A stretch of DNA of 62,207 nucleotides, filler included, from Hausera hauseri (Eukaryota), in the NCBI GenBank assembly GCA_046269625.1. It is 8 parts of 8 records of this genome, joined end to end, with 100 filler letters (N's around TTAATTAATTAA, not from the genome) between each part and the next. Parts side by side here need not be neighbours in the genome. Positions count along the whole stretch, not along the records: positions 9,537 to 18,454 come from JBJURY010504352.1; positions 18,555 to 28,775 come from JBJURY010221074.1; 6 more parts are not named here. One strand, written 5' to 3'. Of this stretch, positions 13,166 through 25,600 are shown in pieces. How positions within the stretch are numbered: the stretch's first letter is position 1; the number at the start of each line of letters is the position of its first letter. A model generated the notes under the pieces. That model searched no databases, was not told where the DNA came from, and saw only the letters and a program-made list of their open reading frames with translations. The position numbers and the translations under genes are program-made.

Positions 13166-13862
13166 GCGGTCGCAGTCGTCAATTGCGTGAATGAGGCAGT
13201 TCATCAAAAAGTATATTAGACGACACAGCAGCTCACGAGAAATCGACAGTTCAGAAAATGACAAATCAGAGCTCAAAATTGATCATTCATTCGGTAGATA
13301 CATGTCGCGCAGTTCATTTCAAACCTAAGATTGTTACTTGATCTCGCATTTCCACGATTTTCCTTTCTACCCTGCAGAAGAAGTTGTGAAATCTCTGATT
13401 AGAGCTTTATCTCTTGTATGACGTGATCTCGTATCGTGTTATAGCAGTTTGCAGTTCCTTTTATTTGACTATCGATGGTTGGGATGCAGTCAAGTCGTGT
13501 TTATGTTCATGCCGTGTTTACGTTCACAGATATCACAGGAATCGAATTCTGACACAGTCGTTCAGCATTACGCAGTCTTATATCACAGAAATGACGACTG
13601 ACCTGTTTGATACCCATTCAATATTTAAAAACAGCATGAAACTCAGTTAATAAATATTGTTATTTGTGATATTGTTTGCTTTTTGTTTTAATACTGTGCT
13701 GCAAATTGACAATACTTCGTGGATTTTGTCCTTATTATTAAATTGATGAAATATTGACTATTGTTAAACTTGACAATTTTTGAATTTCAAGTAAGAAATA
13801 AACGATATTAAATCTGAATTCATTTTGAATATTTATTGTTGAAGCTAATAATGGAGCAAAAT

Positions 13863-13880
13863 TGGTGTCTGAAGTGGGAT
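13863..13880 (+). promoter_or_regulatory. Possible tRNA-Leu primer-binding site TGGTGTCTGAAGTGGGAT
   Basis: One mismatch to the common Gypsy PBS TGGTGTCAGAAGTGGGAT; no gag follows directly. Confidence 0.4.
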
Positions 13881-16387
13881 TGTTATGTCAAAAAAGTGTT
13901 TCCTTTTACGATCATTACTCAACGCCAAAAGTATTAATACGACATTAACAACCGATTCCGAAGTGTTTGGAGTTCTCAAAAACTCCCGGACTCCGGATAT
14001 TATGAATAACCTTATTGTGATACAATGTCTTTCATTAAACTGCGATGATCCAAGTATAATTATCGAAAAGAGAACCGGACTGTATATTCTCCAATTATTG
14101 TCAGTTTTGGCCACAAATTCAGAATTTAATAAAATAATGTTTCTTAACCAGCCAGGTTATCTTCATGTCCTACATCCAATAATCATGAAATTCTATTCTA
14201 TCAGCGTTAAACAATGTGCTGTTTTGAGTATCAGGTGCCCTAAAACTGAGGTGAAGAACGTCCTGAAAAAATTGATTACTACATATTTTTGAATACCGAT
14301 GCTGTGGATCAATTGGTTCCGAGAAACCAAGACTTCTAGAATGGCGTCTGTCGAATAAAGTTAATGGAAGTTTAGTGTTATTGGCAGCACACGTCACGAA
14401 ACAATGTTCCGAAACATGATCAACTTATTAATCACTATCTAAATTTACAGTTGGTGACAATGACTGTTTGGATTGCTGACTTGCTTTTACTGAGACAAGG
14501 AATTTCGTCACATTCTTTCCAGTTCGATCAAGTTACTAACTGTTTCTGCTTGAATACGAGTCTCCCCGATTTTCTCGTATTACAAATCAATTCACACATC
14601 AAATGCGAAACAATATTTGCTCGATTAAGTCTTTTGTTGAATGGGTAGCATAACATTAGCCATTCGCCTGTTCGTGATAATCTTCTCAATAAGCTCCATG
14701 AGATTTTGAAATCTCTTCATCACTGCCTATGAATTATATTTCTCATATAGACTTCAGTGTTCAATTGGAACAAATGAGTAGACAAACGGAATATCTTGGA
14801 CAACTGTTGTACGTCGATCCAGATATCGTACCATCATGGCCTTTTAGTTTACCCAATAATAATCCAATCAAAATCGGTGGACTAAATCTTCTTAGGTATC
14901 TCTATAAAATCGGTGTCAACCAGATCACACAAACACATTTCTTTCTAACATTTTATCTTCTGGAAAGATCTCTCGAAATCGTGTTGCAACAATTGCATTC
15001 TTGGTTATTTTAGGGGATTTTCAATAAAAGCTTGGTATATGAGCAAACCGATGATTTTCTTATTTATGCCGACTGTAATTATTTGTCGAAGGAAGTAAAC
15101 ACTTGGTGGACACACGCATTTCGTTTGAATGATTTGAAACTGAAGTACGGAGAAACATGGTCGTTTGAAGAAATTGGTAAAGATTTGCTGCGTTATGGAA
15201 AATCTCTTTGTTTACTCAACCAAATTGATCCTGCTCATTTATTATTACAACACACCGAAGTCATTAAATGTGGGCCACAGTTTAAACTGAGCTATTCGAT
15301 TAAAAACGATTCACAATACCAAACGCGACGGTATTATATGACTGTCGAACAGCTGTTAAAGAACCTGTTAATGTCACAGGAGTGTTTCATGAATCTGAAA
15401 AAATCTGCTGAATCTGAAAGACAAATGAAGAAGGAAGCGTGAACAAGAAAAGCGTGAAGACCATGAATTGATTCAAAGAGCAATGACAGCTAACAAGAAA
15501 ATTATTGATGACATAAAAACCGAACTGATTGAACTTTACTCCAAGAAAGTTGCTAATGTTGAAGCTCGAGAAAAGGTTTTAGGAGAGAAAAAAAGAGTCT
15601 ACGTTGAAATTGTTAGGATCTATGGAACATTATGAATCTTTTAAGGAAGATAAAAAATGCCGATGAAATTATTCGGATTGTTCTAAAGGAAATTACAAAC
15701 CATGACAAAGATGTTTCAAACAACCTCGATAAGCAGTCAAATGTTTCTAGTAATGCATTTAATTCGGTCATTCAAGAACTTATGTACCCTGATAAATATC
15801 AGACTTCTTCCACTGACAATGATAAAGTAGATTTTAACCAAACATCCTCAGACCTCAGTTGGATGGCACAAAATGTTAAGAAAACCACTTTCCCAAGTCG
15901 CTCAGAATCTAATATTCAGGAATTGCTTTATCCCGACGCACAACCATCGTCAAATCATGATGAAATTATATTTTTCTCCTTATATCATAATAGACAATGT
16001 CAACTAGATATCATAGACTTTGGAATATTTCCATCTCAGACAAAGTCATCATTGAGCGAAGAACAAGCTTTATTTGAATTTGATATAATCAAAAATTTAT
16101 CATCTCATAATTGTAATGATACAGCTGAGAACAGGAAATGTTCTTTCGATCAACCCAAGTCACAACTGGTCTACTGTGATTTGTCCCAAGATTATCTGGT
16201 GGCATTCATCGCTTGTGTATTCGTCCATCCGATGAGTCATTCGATGGAAAGTCAATTCGTTGGAAAGACTCAAAAGTGCCACAGTCAAAGTAATTTTAAT
16301 TGGATTATAATTGGAAAATTTTCTCTACTCATTGCACAATCAATGAATTGTCTGACTTAGGGATCGAGCGTGCCCGCCTCCGCTGCG

Positions 16388-16615
16388 CCATATCCCTTAT
16401 CCCTGTTTGTCTTTTCCAATAATATACACCTGTATACTTTCAGTGTGACAAACAGAGAGACTTTACATTGTCTTTACAGACATTTATCCCTTTTGCTTCA
16501 CACCTCGGATTTTTATTTATCGCATCATGGCTCTATCCTTAACGTCTATGACTCGCTTTCTTATTTTTCTTTCCCAATCATCCATCTCACTCTCCACTTC
16601 CGTCTACGGGATGGA
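16388..16615 (+). CDS. Ubiquitin-like domain upstream of Gag, copy 2 (within ORF 16370-16639)
   Basis: LFVFSNNIHLYTFSVTNRETLHCLYRHL...DFYLSHHGSILNVYDSLSYFSFPIIHLTLHFRLRDG matches the ubiquitin/FUBI pattern (...LIFAGKQLEDGRTLSDY...TLHLVLRLRGG). Confidence 0.75.
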
Positions 16616-17668
16616 TCGGACCCCGATATATTATGCTGAAAATTTCACTAAGACCAGATCTGGTCGTCGTCCTGCTGACCTTACACCATCTGCCTCTCCT
16701 AATCTTTCTTGTACAGACTTCTTCCTGGACAAAACTAATTCGAGTCGCACCTGGCTACAATTCCATTTGCAGTGGCTTAAAGCCAATCACATAACAGATT
16801 CTTTCTTTCATGCTAATAGCTTGTTGCTTCTTCCAGCAAATATCAAACAGCAAATCAATAATCTTGCCGATATACTCACCTCTTCAAATCAATATGACAT
16901 GCTCTATGAATCAGTCCTACATATTACCGACCCTTCCATTGACAGCACAATACAAAAAACTTTAATGAACATGCTATCGGAACTCAAAAGCCGTCTGATT
17001 TCCTTAAAACCGCAATTTCTTAACTGGGTTCCTTAGGCGTCACTCCTACAAATAATGCCGATCTTCGTCGGTATTTTCTTCCTTACTCACCTCTATCAGA
17101 GAGTTACTTACTGTCGTAGACGATTCAACGACACTCGAGAAACTCGCCTTACTGGCAGATAGAAGTTTCGACATCTCACAATCAAATAGCTCACAACCAG
17201 TAGCTGCAGCAATCGCTCACACGCCATCACACACAGATAGCACTTTATTTTCACAACAACTGCATATAATGCATAAACAATTCGACACACGTCAACATAC
17301 AGTTTCTACAATTACAGCTCAACTTAGTGATTTATGTGTGCCTCGAAGAAGTGAAAAACGTGTTTCGCGCAATCGTAGCCTTTCCAGGCATTCCTTTCGA
17401 TGCAAATCTCGAGATGGAAGAATAATTTGCTTTTATCATAACAAATTCCACAGAAACGCAAGAAAATGTCTTTTGGGCTATCGGTTTTACGACAAACTTT
17501 ATGCAGTAGACAGTCCAATCTGCATTTATCACACAAAGTATCAGTCCACGGCTAGGTCGTGTGTGCTATGATGCAAATATTATAAAAGTAATTCTAGTTT
17601 TTCTCCATCTTCTTCGCCTCCCCGCTCTTATCATTCCTCTTCTATTTCCCAACAAACAAAAAAACTAA
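16611..17668 (+). pseudogene. gag: Gag of copy 2 with two CHCC knuckles, ending at the slippery site
   Basis: SCTDFFLD...WLKANHITD; CFYHNKFHRNARKC and CIYHTKYQSTARSC; AAAAAAC-TAA at 17659-17668. Confidence 0.82.
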
Positions 17669-18454
17669 CAAACGATGAGCTTCGGATGGTGCTGAAGCAA
17701 CAAGATGAAGCCAAGAAATTGATAAAAAACATCAAATGTAAGTTTTACTGTTGATAAATCTGAAGGGATTATCTTCACGTCTAGTTTTACATCACAGTAA
17801 ATCTCTGCTTCCTTCAATCTTGTGTTTCTGTTGTGAATATCTAGAATTATTTCCCGTACAATGGTTCGACATTGCGCCAAGCTCGAATCAGTTAAAGAAA
17901 ATCTTAATCTAAGACGGGGACACAAGCGGCCCTCAGGGCGTTTCGTGGCATTCCATTGAAATCTGTGAACACTGCTAACAGTTATTGTCATTGTTTCCCA
18001 GTCTTGGCTGCATGGAAACGGGCTTTCGTATTTCTTATACGGCGAAGAACTGTTGCCATTATTCTGGTTCTGAGTGTCAATTTAACAATTCCGTTGCCAG
18101 AGGAAGTTTGTTGCGCCAGTATTCCATTTTTTTTTTCAGCATCAGACAATCGCATCTTAATGTACCTTCATTAGATATCTGTCAGTGAATTCTATCTCGG
18201 TTTAGATCAGTGGTTCTCAAACGTTGGGTCGCGACTATGAAAACGTCGACACTGCTTATTTCAACAGCAATTATTTTTAGATGACATTTCAGTAAGGCAA
18301 CGCTGGTGGTGGTTTCGGGATAAATGAAAGGAAGTGGCTTAAGGTCTGACCCAGTAGTTATTTAAAAATATTAAATGCTGGCCATGTACATAAAAATTAA
18401 AATATTATCATCAGCATATATTGTGCATGGTATTGTGAGTCCTTGCTGTGTATT

Positions 18455-18554
18455 NNNNNNNNNNNNNNNNNNNNNNNNNNNNNNNNNNNNNNNNNNNNTT
18501 AATTAATTAANNNNNNNNNNNNNNNNNNNNNNNNNNNNNNNNNNNNNNNNNNNN
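18455..18554. other. Artificial contig spacer
   Basis: Same linker. Confidence 0.97.
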
Positions 18555-19319
18555 AGTAATAGATATTTACCGTTAATTGGTGTGTGTCATTGTCACGTAA
18601 TCATTTACAGTCAATCTATTTCGTAATTTTAAAAGGTCACGGTTTACCTTATTCTTCTTACCTTTATTACTATTGTAAAGTTACATTTCCTCGGAAGTGT
18701 TTAATCAGTTAGTAACAATGACCCTGAATGATTTGAAAATAGTACTGTTATTGAGATATGTGAAAATGCAATGAATGTGAGAGGAACCAAAATATGCGAT
18801 GAGCAACGTTGAGGATTAGTAGTTTGTTGCATGTCACGATTAAACAAGCTTTGATTATTTTGTGCACCGTTTGATGACAATTAGAAGAAAATTTCAGTGA
18901 ATACAACGCACGTTAGTGAATGAATAGTATGACCGAACGTATCGTAATTGGCGCTAGATCTCATACTTTTTAAATAAACTCATGGCGAATACTATTTTAA
19001 AAATGTATTTAACTAGTGGAAAAATTTGAGTTTTGGAACCAAGCACCACACCTGCCCTGATTAAATTTCACAAAGTCATGTTGCTGTATCACGTAAAATT
19101 TGTTTAAATATTCCTTTGTTTGTTTAGATTTTAAATGGAGCCGTTTTTATTTTGTAATTGTAAAGTTTTGATTTTATAAATTAATTGGCACAAATTTTGA
19201 ATTTGATTTTTAATTTAAATTTATCTTTGTAAAACCTTTTTAAAAATTTTATGTTGAAATTTAAAAGTTGAAGGAAACGAATCTTTATCCGATTTTGAAG
19301 AAGTTCCCGAACAGGATGA

Positions 19320-19470
19320 TTATTTGTTCTTCATCGACCATTGAGCCGGCAGTAAGTCGTTTCATCACTGCCATTATGCATTATACGCTTATCCTCTGGG
19401 ACTTTACTGGAATGAATTCGAATCCAACTTCGTTTAAAACGGTAACTCCGTGTAAACACAAGAATGAAAA
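19320..19470 (+). pseudogene. WDR70: WDR70 (GAD-1) WD40 fragment
   Basis: IEPAVSRFITAIMHYTLILWDFTGMNSNPTSFKTVTPC vs WDR70 LDPSGARLVTGGYDYDVKFWDFAGMDASFKAFRSLQPC. Confidence 0.72.
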
Positions 19471-19632
19471 CACGTCGAGTTCAGTGCCCATGGAGAAAAT
19501 GCATTTGTCATTAGCAATGATATTCGGGCTTTTATATTAGATCGCGGGGGTGAACGTTTTTGGAGGCGATTCGTGGCAATCCGTGCATTTAATGTTGTAT
19601 TTTCGATATAACAAATCGATTTTCGTTTTCAG

Positions 19633-19820
19633 GTTCTGTCATGAACGAGATGGTTTTTACTGCTCGATCCGATGAAGCTGAATGTATTCCACGAGAAACC
19701 GTACCACAAGCGTTACAATGTTTGACGAAAGTGTCGGTTCATGGTGGTCCAATTACTGATTTACAAGCTAACCGACAAAATACCATGCTTACGATATCAT
19801 CGAAAGATCAAATTGCTAAA
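19633..19820 (+). pseudogene. EIF3I: eIF3 subunit I fragment bounded by splice-like sites
   Basis: VHGGPITDLQANRQNTMLTISSKDQIAK vs EHSRQINDIQLSRDMTMFVTASKDNTAK; preceded by ttttcag and followed by gtaaat. Confidence 0.65.
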
Positions 19821-19989
19821 GTAAATTGTGGTTTTTCTTTAAAATGCACTATAGATCGACATGTTTATTTTTGTGTCCATCTCCGGTGATTTTCAACTGT
19901 CTCTCTAATTCCGGAAATTTGCCATTGGATTTGAATTCAGATTGAGATTTATCGCCTGCTTTCTCTGATTCTGATCAGATAGTTTAGCT

Positions 19990-20640
19990 TTATTATCAAT
20001 ACTTTATCAGAGTCAGTTGGTGGTGGTGGCTGTACTCTCCAAATATTAATTTTATTGATCAAATAGTTTATTTCCCGTTCCAATGCCCGAATGTATGGTT
20101 CGAAATTGACTGTCATAACGGTAGACTTTTCGTTTTGTTTCATTTTCTCCAATGTTCTATTCGTACTCTGGAGTCATTTTGTGGTGTCAGCAATTAATAT
20201 TCCCAATGACTCATATTCTGCCTTAGTGGCAATTTTGTCTGTCCAATCACGGAACATATTTTTGAGAGTATCGTAGAAAATATTGGATGTGTTTAGCACC
20301 ATGTTCAGTTTACCTGTAACATCCGGTCTGTATTTGTGTTCCCTCACTCCAAATTCGATATCCGTCATCAATTTCTTGAGATCATCGAATTTCGTCACGA
20401 ACTCATACTTTCCTGTTCCAAAGTCCTGTTCTTCATACCAATTCGATACCTCGTTAGCAGCTTTTAGTACGGCCATTCCCTCGGCTTCTGTCGAACTTCT
20501 ATAGTAAATTGGCATGTTAAATACATTTCGCAAAATGGAATATGTATGATTCTAGTTCGTTTTTCGACTTCTCCAAAGATGTTTTTTCATCGTCCTTATC
20601 CTTCAATTCTTTGAGCTTCCGTCTGAACTTCTCCACAACG
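19990..20640 (-). pseudogene. HYOU1: HYOU1/GRP170 C-terminal fragment
   Basis: KLKELKDKDDEKTSLEKSKNELESYIF; SNWYEEQ; VREHKYRP; ALEREINYLINK. Confidence 0.85.
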
Positions 20641-20644
20641 ACTT

Positions 20645-21905
20645 CTGGAGGATTAGGAAATCCTGTCCACGTACTGACGGTCTTTATATTCTGATGGATA
20701 ATTTCCACCTTTTGTAAAATGCAATTAAACCCGTCATACGTCGGACCGTAAATAGTGCTTACATGAAATTGTGATTCGTTGTGCAACTCTAAAGAATTCA
20801 ACATTGCCAAATACGCCCAACGGCACGGGTTTCGCGTGATCAAACACGATGCAATTGAATGAATTGTAAACACTGTCATTGATAACCTAACGGAAACCTT
20901 CCAATTTACTATCGACTTTAAATTCATTATTAACATCATCATGGTGTAAATGATGTTCGTCCATTTCACTGTCATAATTAATGGAGCCTGTACTGGCAAA
21001 CTCGTTGTACTTTGTCGGTAAACAAAATTCGGGTGGAATTTTTTGTGTATGGCACGCAACAATACCCGCCGTGTTTAACGGATTCATAAGATCTATGCTT
21101 CGTTTACCAAAGATTTTGGTTGCCAATGTAAAAGCACCATGCACGAAAAATCGGCCGGGCTCGGCAATTAGCTTTATGTTACTTTCTTCCGGAAAATACG
21201 TGTCGAGAATAACGTAAAATTTCTGACACATTTTCGAATTCGGCCTGTTTGCTAATATAATTACAAATACTACTCAAACCCGGAAAACCACCGCCAATGT
21301 CAAGGAGGTAAGGACTGAACCCTATATCTCGAGCCAGTGCAATTATCTTAGCACAATACATTGCCGTTTCGGGAAATGCATCAATTTCTTTGCAACCACT
21401 ACCAACATGAAAGCTAAAACCAACGACATCCATTGAAAGATCTTTAGCTCTTTTTAATAAAAACGAAACTTCTTGAGGTTCAACGCCAAATTTGTTTCCA
21501 ATAACACAACTAGCGTGATACGTTCGTTGGGGGGATAATTTTAACACTAATTTTGCCGATGGCCATTCAGCTACAAGCTTAATCAATCCACTCTCTGTGT
21601 CAAATGTTGTCACACTTACACCCGCACGATGGGCATGATGAATATCTTTTTTGAATTTAAATGGGTTCGCATACATGATCTTCTTTGACGCCGCAACGTA
21701 ATTCATAAATACAGCTTTGATGACTTTCTTTATTTTATCTCGACTAGCGCAATCAAAACCAACTCCCAGTTTTCCTAAAATAGATATGATTTTCGTATCT
21801 GGTTGACATTTAACGGCGTAGAATGGTTGAACTCGCGGCAAGAGTGTGTTCCATCGAAGGAATGGGTCCACGATACTTCATAAGTTGACTTGGTAAAAAG
21901 CAGTA
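20645..21905 (-). pseudogene. ODC1: Ornithine decarboxylase, near full length, frameshifted
   Basis: PFYAVKC, GFDCAS, SFHVGSGC, LDIGGGFPG, IAEPGRFF, YGPTYDG, TWTGF. Confidence 0.92.
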
Positions 21906-22143
21906 TTGTAATGCCCAATTTTTTCTCTGATTAAATACAATGATGTTTGAAATGAACACGGTCCAGGATAAAAACCGGTGTCGGTTTTTGATTTCTGAAT
22001 GTTTGGTTCTTTGCTACTTTAGGCATGTGTATGTTAGTTTAGAATTTTCCAAATGTAAAACGATTTGAAACTTCAGAAATAAGGATCAGGATCCCAAGGA
22101 AGTTCTCGATTATAATTAAATGTGTTTAATGGAGCAACAGGTT

Positions 22144-22660
22144 TCCGGTCGTAGCCAATTTCGACAACTGACAATTGGAGATTTTCAATCATCATTCCGA
22201 GTTCTTTATCTTTAGTTACCTGATAACCAATTATCGATACAACAGACGATGTGGAACCGACATCGTAAAACATGAAATACTGAACAGATGCGTTAAAAGT
22301 ATTGCGGCTGAAAATTCCATAATTGAGCGCAACTACAGCGTTGCTATTAAATGTAAAACAGTAATACCCGCAATATCAGCAGCTTGCATCACTGCCAACC
22401 GTTTTTGTGCCAACCGATGGAACAATAATAACTCCACTTTTCATGGGCATTTCTGAAAAGGATTCCACTATTTCTTTCGCATGCTGCAAAATCATGGCCA
22501 GTAACGTCAACTGTATATGCGATATTTGTATCATGTTGAAAGGCCAACTGATTATTTTTATCCATAAACAACTTGTAATATGGAAAGTTCTTCATAAAAT
22601 CCCTAACGACTTCATGGTTAATGTCCTTTCCCAATAAAGTCGTAATGGAACGATTTAAGG
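22144..22660 (-). pseudogene. HYOU1: HYOU1/GRP170 N-terminal ATPase-domain fragment
   Basis: LLGKD...FPYY; ALNYGIF; MFYDVGSTSSVVSIIGYQVTKDKE...GYDR. Confidence 0.88.
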
Positions 22661-25600
22661 TCATCGAATTCAGACGATACATTGGTCATTTCAATATTTT
22701 GTCCCTCTTTCTGTTGAGATCACAATGCAGACTTTGTAATCGAAGCAATTCTCTCTCCAGCACACATGTTCCCCATAATTACCGTTCTCTTTACGTACTT
22801 TGTGTACATTGCCGTTTTCTATTGTTGCTGGTATTTTCTGTTTCCCATCAATTTCTCGATATACTCTGTCGTTAACAACTTCCAGACTGTTGATTTTCGA
22901 TTGCAACTCAATACACTTGTTATTCATTTGTTCTTCGACGAATACATGGGAAACACATTTTTAGCAGTGTTTTTTAGAAATGATGTTTGCAGCACACTCG
23001 TTGCCTATTAAAAACGACATGAACGAGTGTCGGTATTGACACTGTGGGTTTGATCCCCACCTGTTTTGGTGCGGCGTTTACGCTACGTGCAACCAGGCGT
23101 TCGCTGTTTGGTTACGGTAGTATTTCAATTAAGTCGAGGTATCTTAGATGCACTCCTGCTGCGACTCGATACCGGTGCGGCAGGTGTTTGGTTGCGTATT
23201 ATCGTACGTTCCGTTTCCGGAAGTACGGGCGTTGGAATAATGTGTTTCAGTACGGACAAGAATCGGGTCATATACTACGGGAGTGTCCATATTGAATGGA
23301 TCAATTTTGTCGTAGTTTTCTCGAAGCTTGACTACTTCTGACATGCTTGTTACGTCTTGGTGGGTAGGATCTTCCGTATCGGAATTATGATAGCCGAATG
23401 CAGGTTTTGTGTTCGACAAGTAGACTATGTGTTCATCATTGCCGCGCAATATTATGGCGTTGTGCTCAGTGATCTATATGAGCTTGTAGGGGCCCGTGTA
23501 GTATGGTTCAAAACCGTGTCTTTCTTGGCTTTTGGGCCAGACAAAGGACGCATCTTGCAGATTCTTGGGCATGATTGTTTTTTTGTAATTGTTATGGAGT
23601 GCAGGGTTCGTGTCTATTGACAGGAAATGCTGCCGAGCTTGGTTGAGAGCAGGAATGGAAGTTACTTCCTCATTGCTCATCATATCTTGTGGGAATGTGA
23701 GGTGGTAATTAAATAGTAGTTGTGCCGGAGAGACATCAGTGCTAGTGTTGGGAGTGTTTCTTTACCCTAATAACACAATGGGTAATGCATCCAGCCAGTT
23801 CTTGTCATCGTGACATAGGATTCGTAGGGATGATTTGAGTGTACGATGAAATCTTTCAATCAAGCCATTCTCCTGTGGATGGTAGGGCGATGTATATATA
23901 TGCTTTTACCCAAGCAATTTGATTAATTGGTTAAACATGGCTTATTCGAATTGGGTCCCTTGATCTGTTATAATGTTTTTAGGTACTCCAAACCGAGAAA
24001 TCCATGTACTTAGCAGTATAGCCACAACGCTTTGCGTTGTTATTTGGAGAATTGAAATGGCTTCGGGCCATCTTGTTTTCCGGTCGAAAATGGTTAGGAT
24101 GTACTGATATCTGTTACATTCGGGAAGTGGTTCTACTATATACATGTAGATGGTTTCAAAACTTGATCCAGTAGGATAGTGTGGTATTGGAAGTTGTATT
24201 GTCTTGTTGACTTTGTACTTTTGGCAAAGTGAACATTCTTTTGTCCACCGCTTTATGTCGCTGAGTATGCGAGGCCAACAAACTCTACTGCTTAAAAGCC
24301 GTGCTGTGGCTTTTGATTCAGGGTGATGGATGTTGTGAATAGTGTCAAACGCCTGTTTCCGTAGGTTTGCTGCCAGAATTAGGCGTGGACAGCCATTGAG
24401 GATGGTATTGTAGTGTAGTGACTGTTTTAAAGAACGTAACATCGCCTTCATGTGGAGGGTTCGATTGGAGAACCAGTTATGTGTTTTATCTGGGATGAGA
24501 ATTCCGTAAGAAATATGTCGCTCTTGACGAGGCGATGGGTTTTTCATACTCATCATGTGAATGAATGGTTTGGGATCCGTGTGGATTGTAAACACATTTC
24601 CTTGCAGGAAATATCTGAAGTGTTTGACACTAATAATTATGTCTAGTAACTCTCGGTCGAAAGTTGAGTAGCGTTGCTCAGCCGAATTGAATTTGTGGGA
24701 AAAGAATACAATTGGAGCATTTTTGTCATCTATTGACTGGGCAAGTATGGCGCCTGCAGCAATTGTTGATGCATCTGTTGTTAAGATGAACGGTGCATTT
24801 CATTTAGGATAGTGCATTGTAGGCATGTGAAAAAGCGCCATTTTTGCATTGGCAAATGCCTGTTTAGCCTCATCCGTCCAGTTTACCTGAGATTTCTTGG
24901 GTCCTTGGCTTAGAGCAGATAGAGGTGACAGGATTTCCGAGCAATGCGGAATGTAGCGATGGCAGTAATTGATCGTTCCAAGGAAGCTGCGAAGTCCAGT
25001 CACTGTGAATGGCTTCAGTATTTATTTGATGGATTCTAGTCGCTCAGGAAGTGGACTCTGACCATGTGGTGTTAACCGAAGTCCGAGAAATACGGCTTCA
25101 GTTTTACAGAATGAACATTTGTTTATGTTTAACTGTAGGTTTTTTTCCTTCAAGCTATAAAACACATGTTTGAGATGTGTTTTTTGAGTCGCTTCATCGG
25201 GTGATGCAATCAATATATCATCTATATATGGAATTGCATAATGCATGTCGATGGGGACTTGGTCTATTTGGCGTTGGAATGTATGACTTGCATTCTGTAA
25301 GCCGAAAGGCATGCAAAGATACTCGAGCAAACCAAAAGGCGTTATTACGACCGTTATTAGAATGTCTTCGGTAGCCACTGGGATCTGGTGGTATGCCCTT
25401 TCCAGATCGATTGTGCTAAATATTGCTGCACCATGTAGGCAATGTAATATGTCTGTTACCAACGGTGTTGGGTATGAATCGTGGATGGTGACGTTATTTA
25501 ACATTCTATAGTCACCACAAGGTCGGTATAATCTGTCCTTTTTGAGAACCATGTGCAATGGTGATGCTCACTGTGTTGTAGAGCGGCGTATAATGCCTGT

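Noticed and set aside
15340-15620. Septin C-terminal coiled coil
   Set aside because: Only generic charged coiled-coil similarity, with no GTPase motifs.
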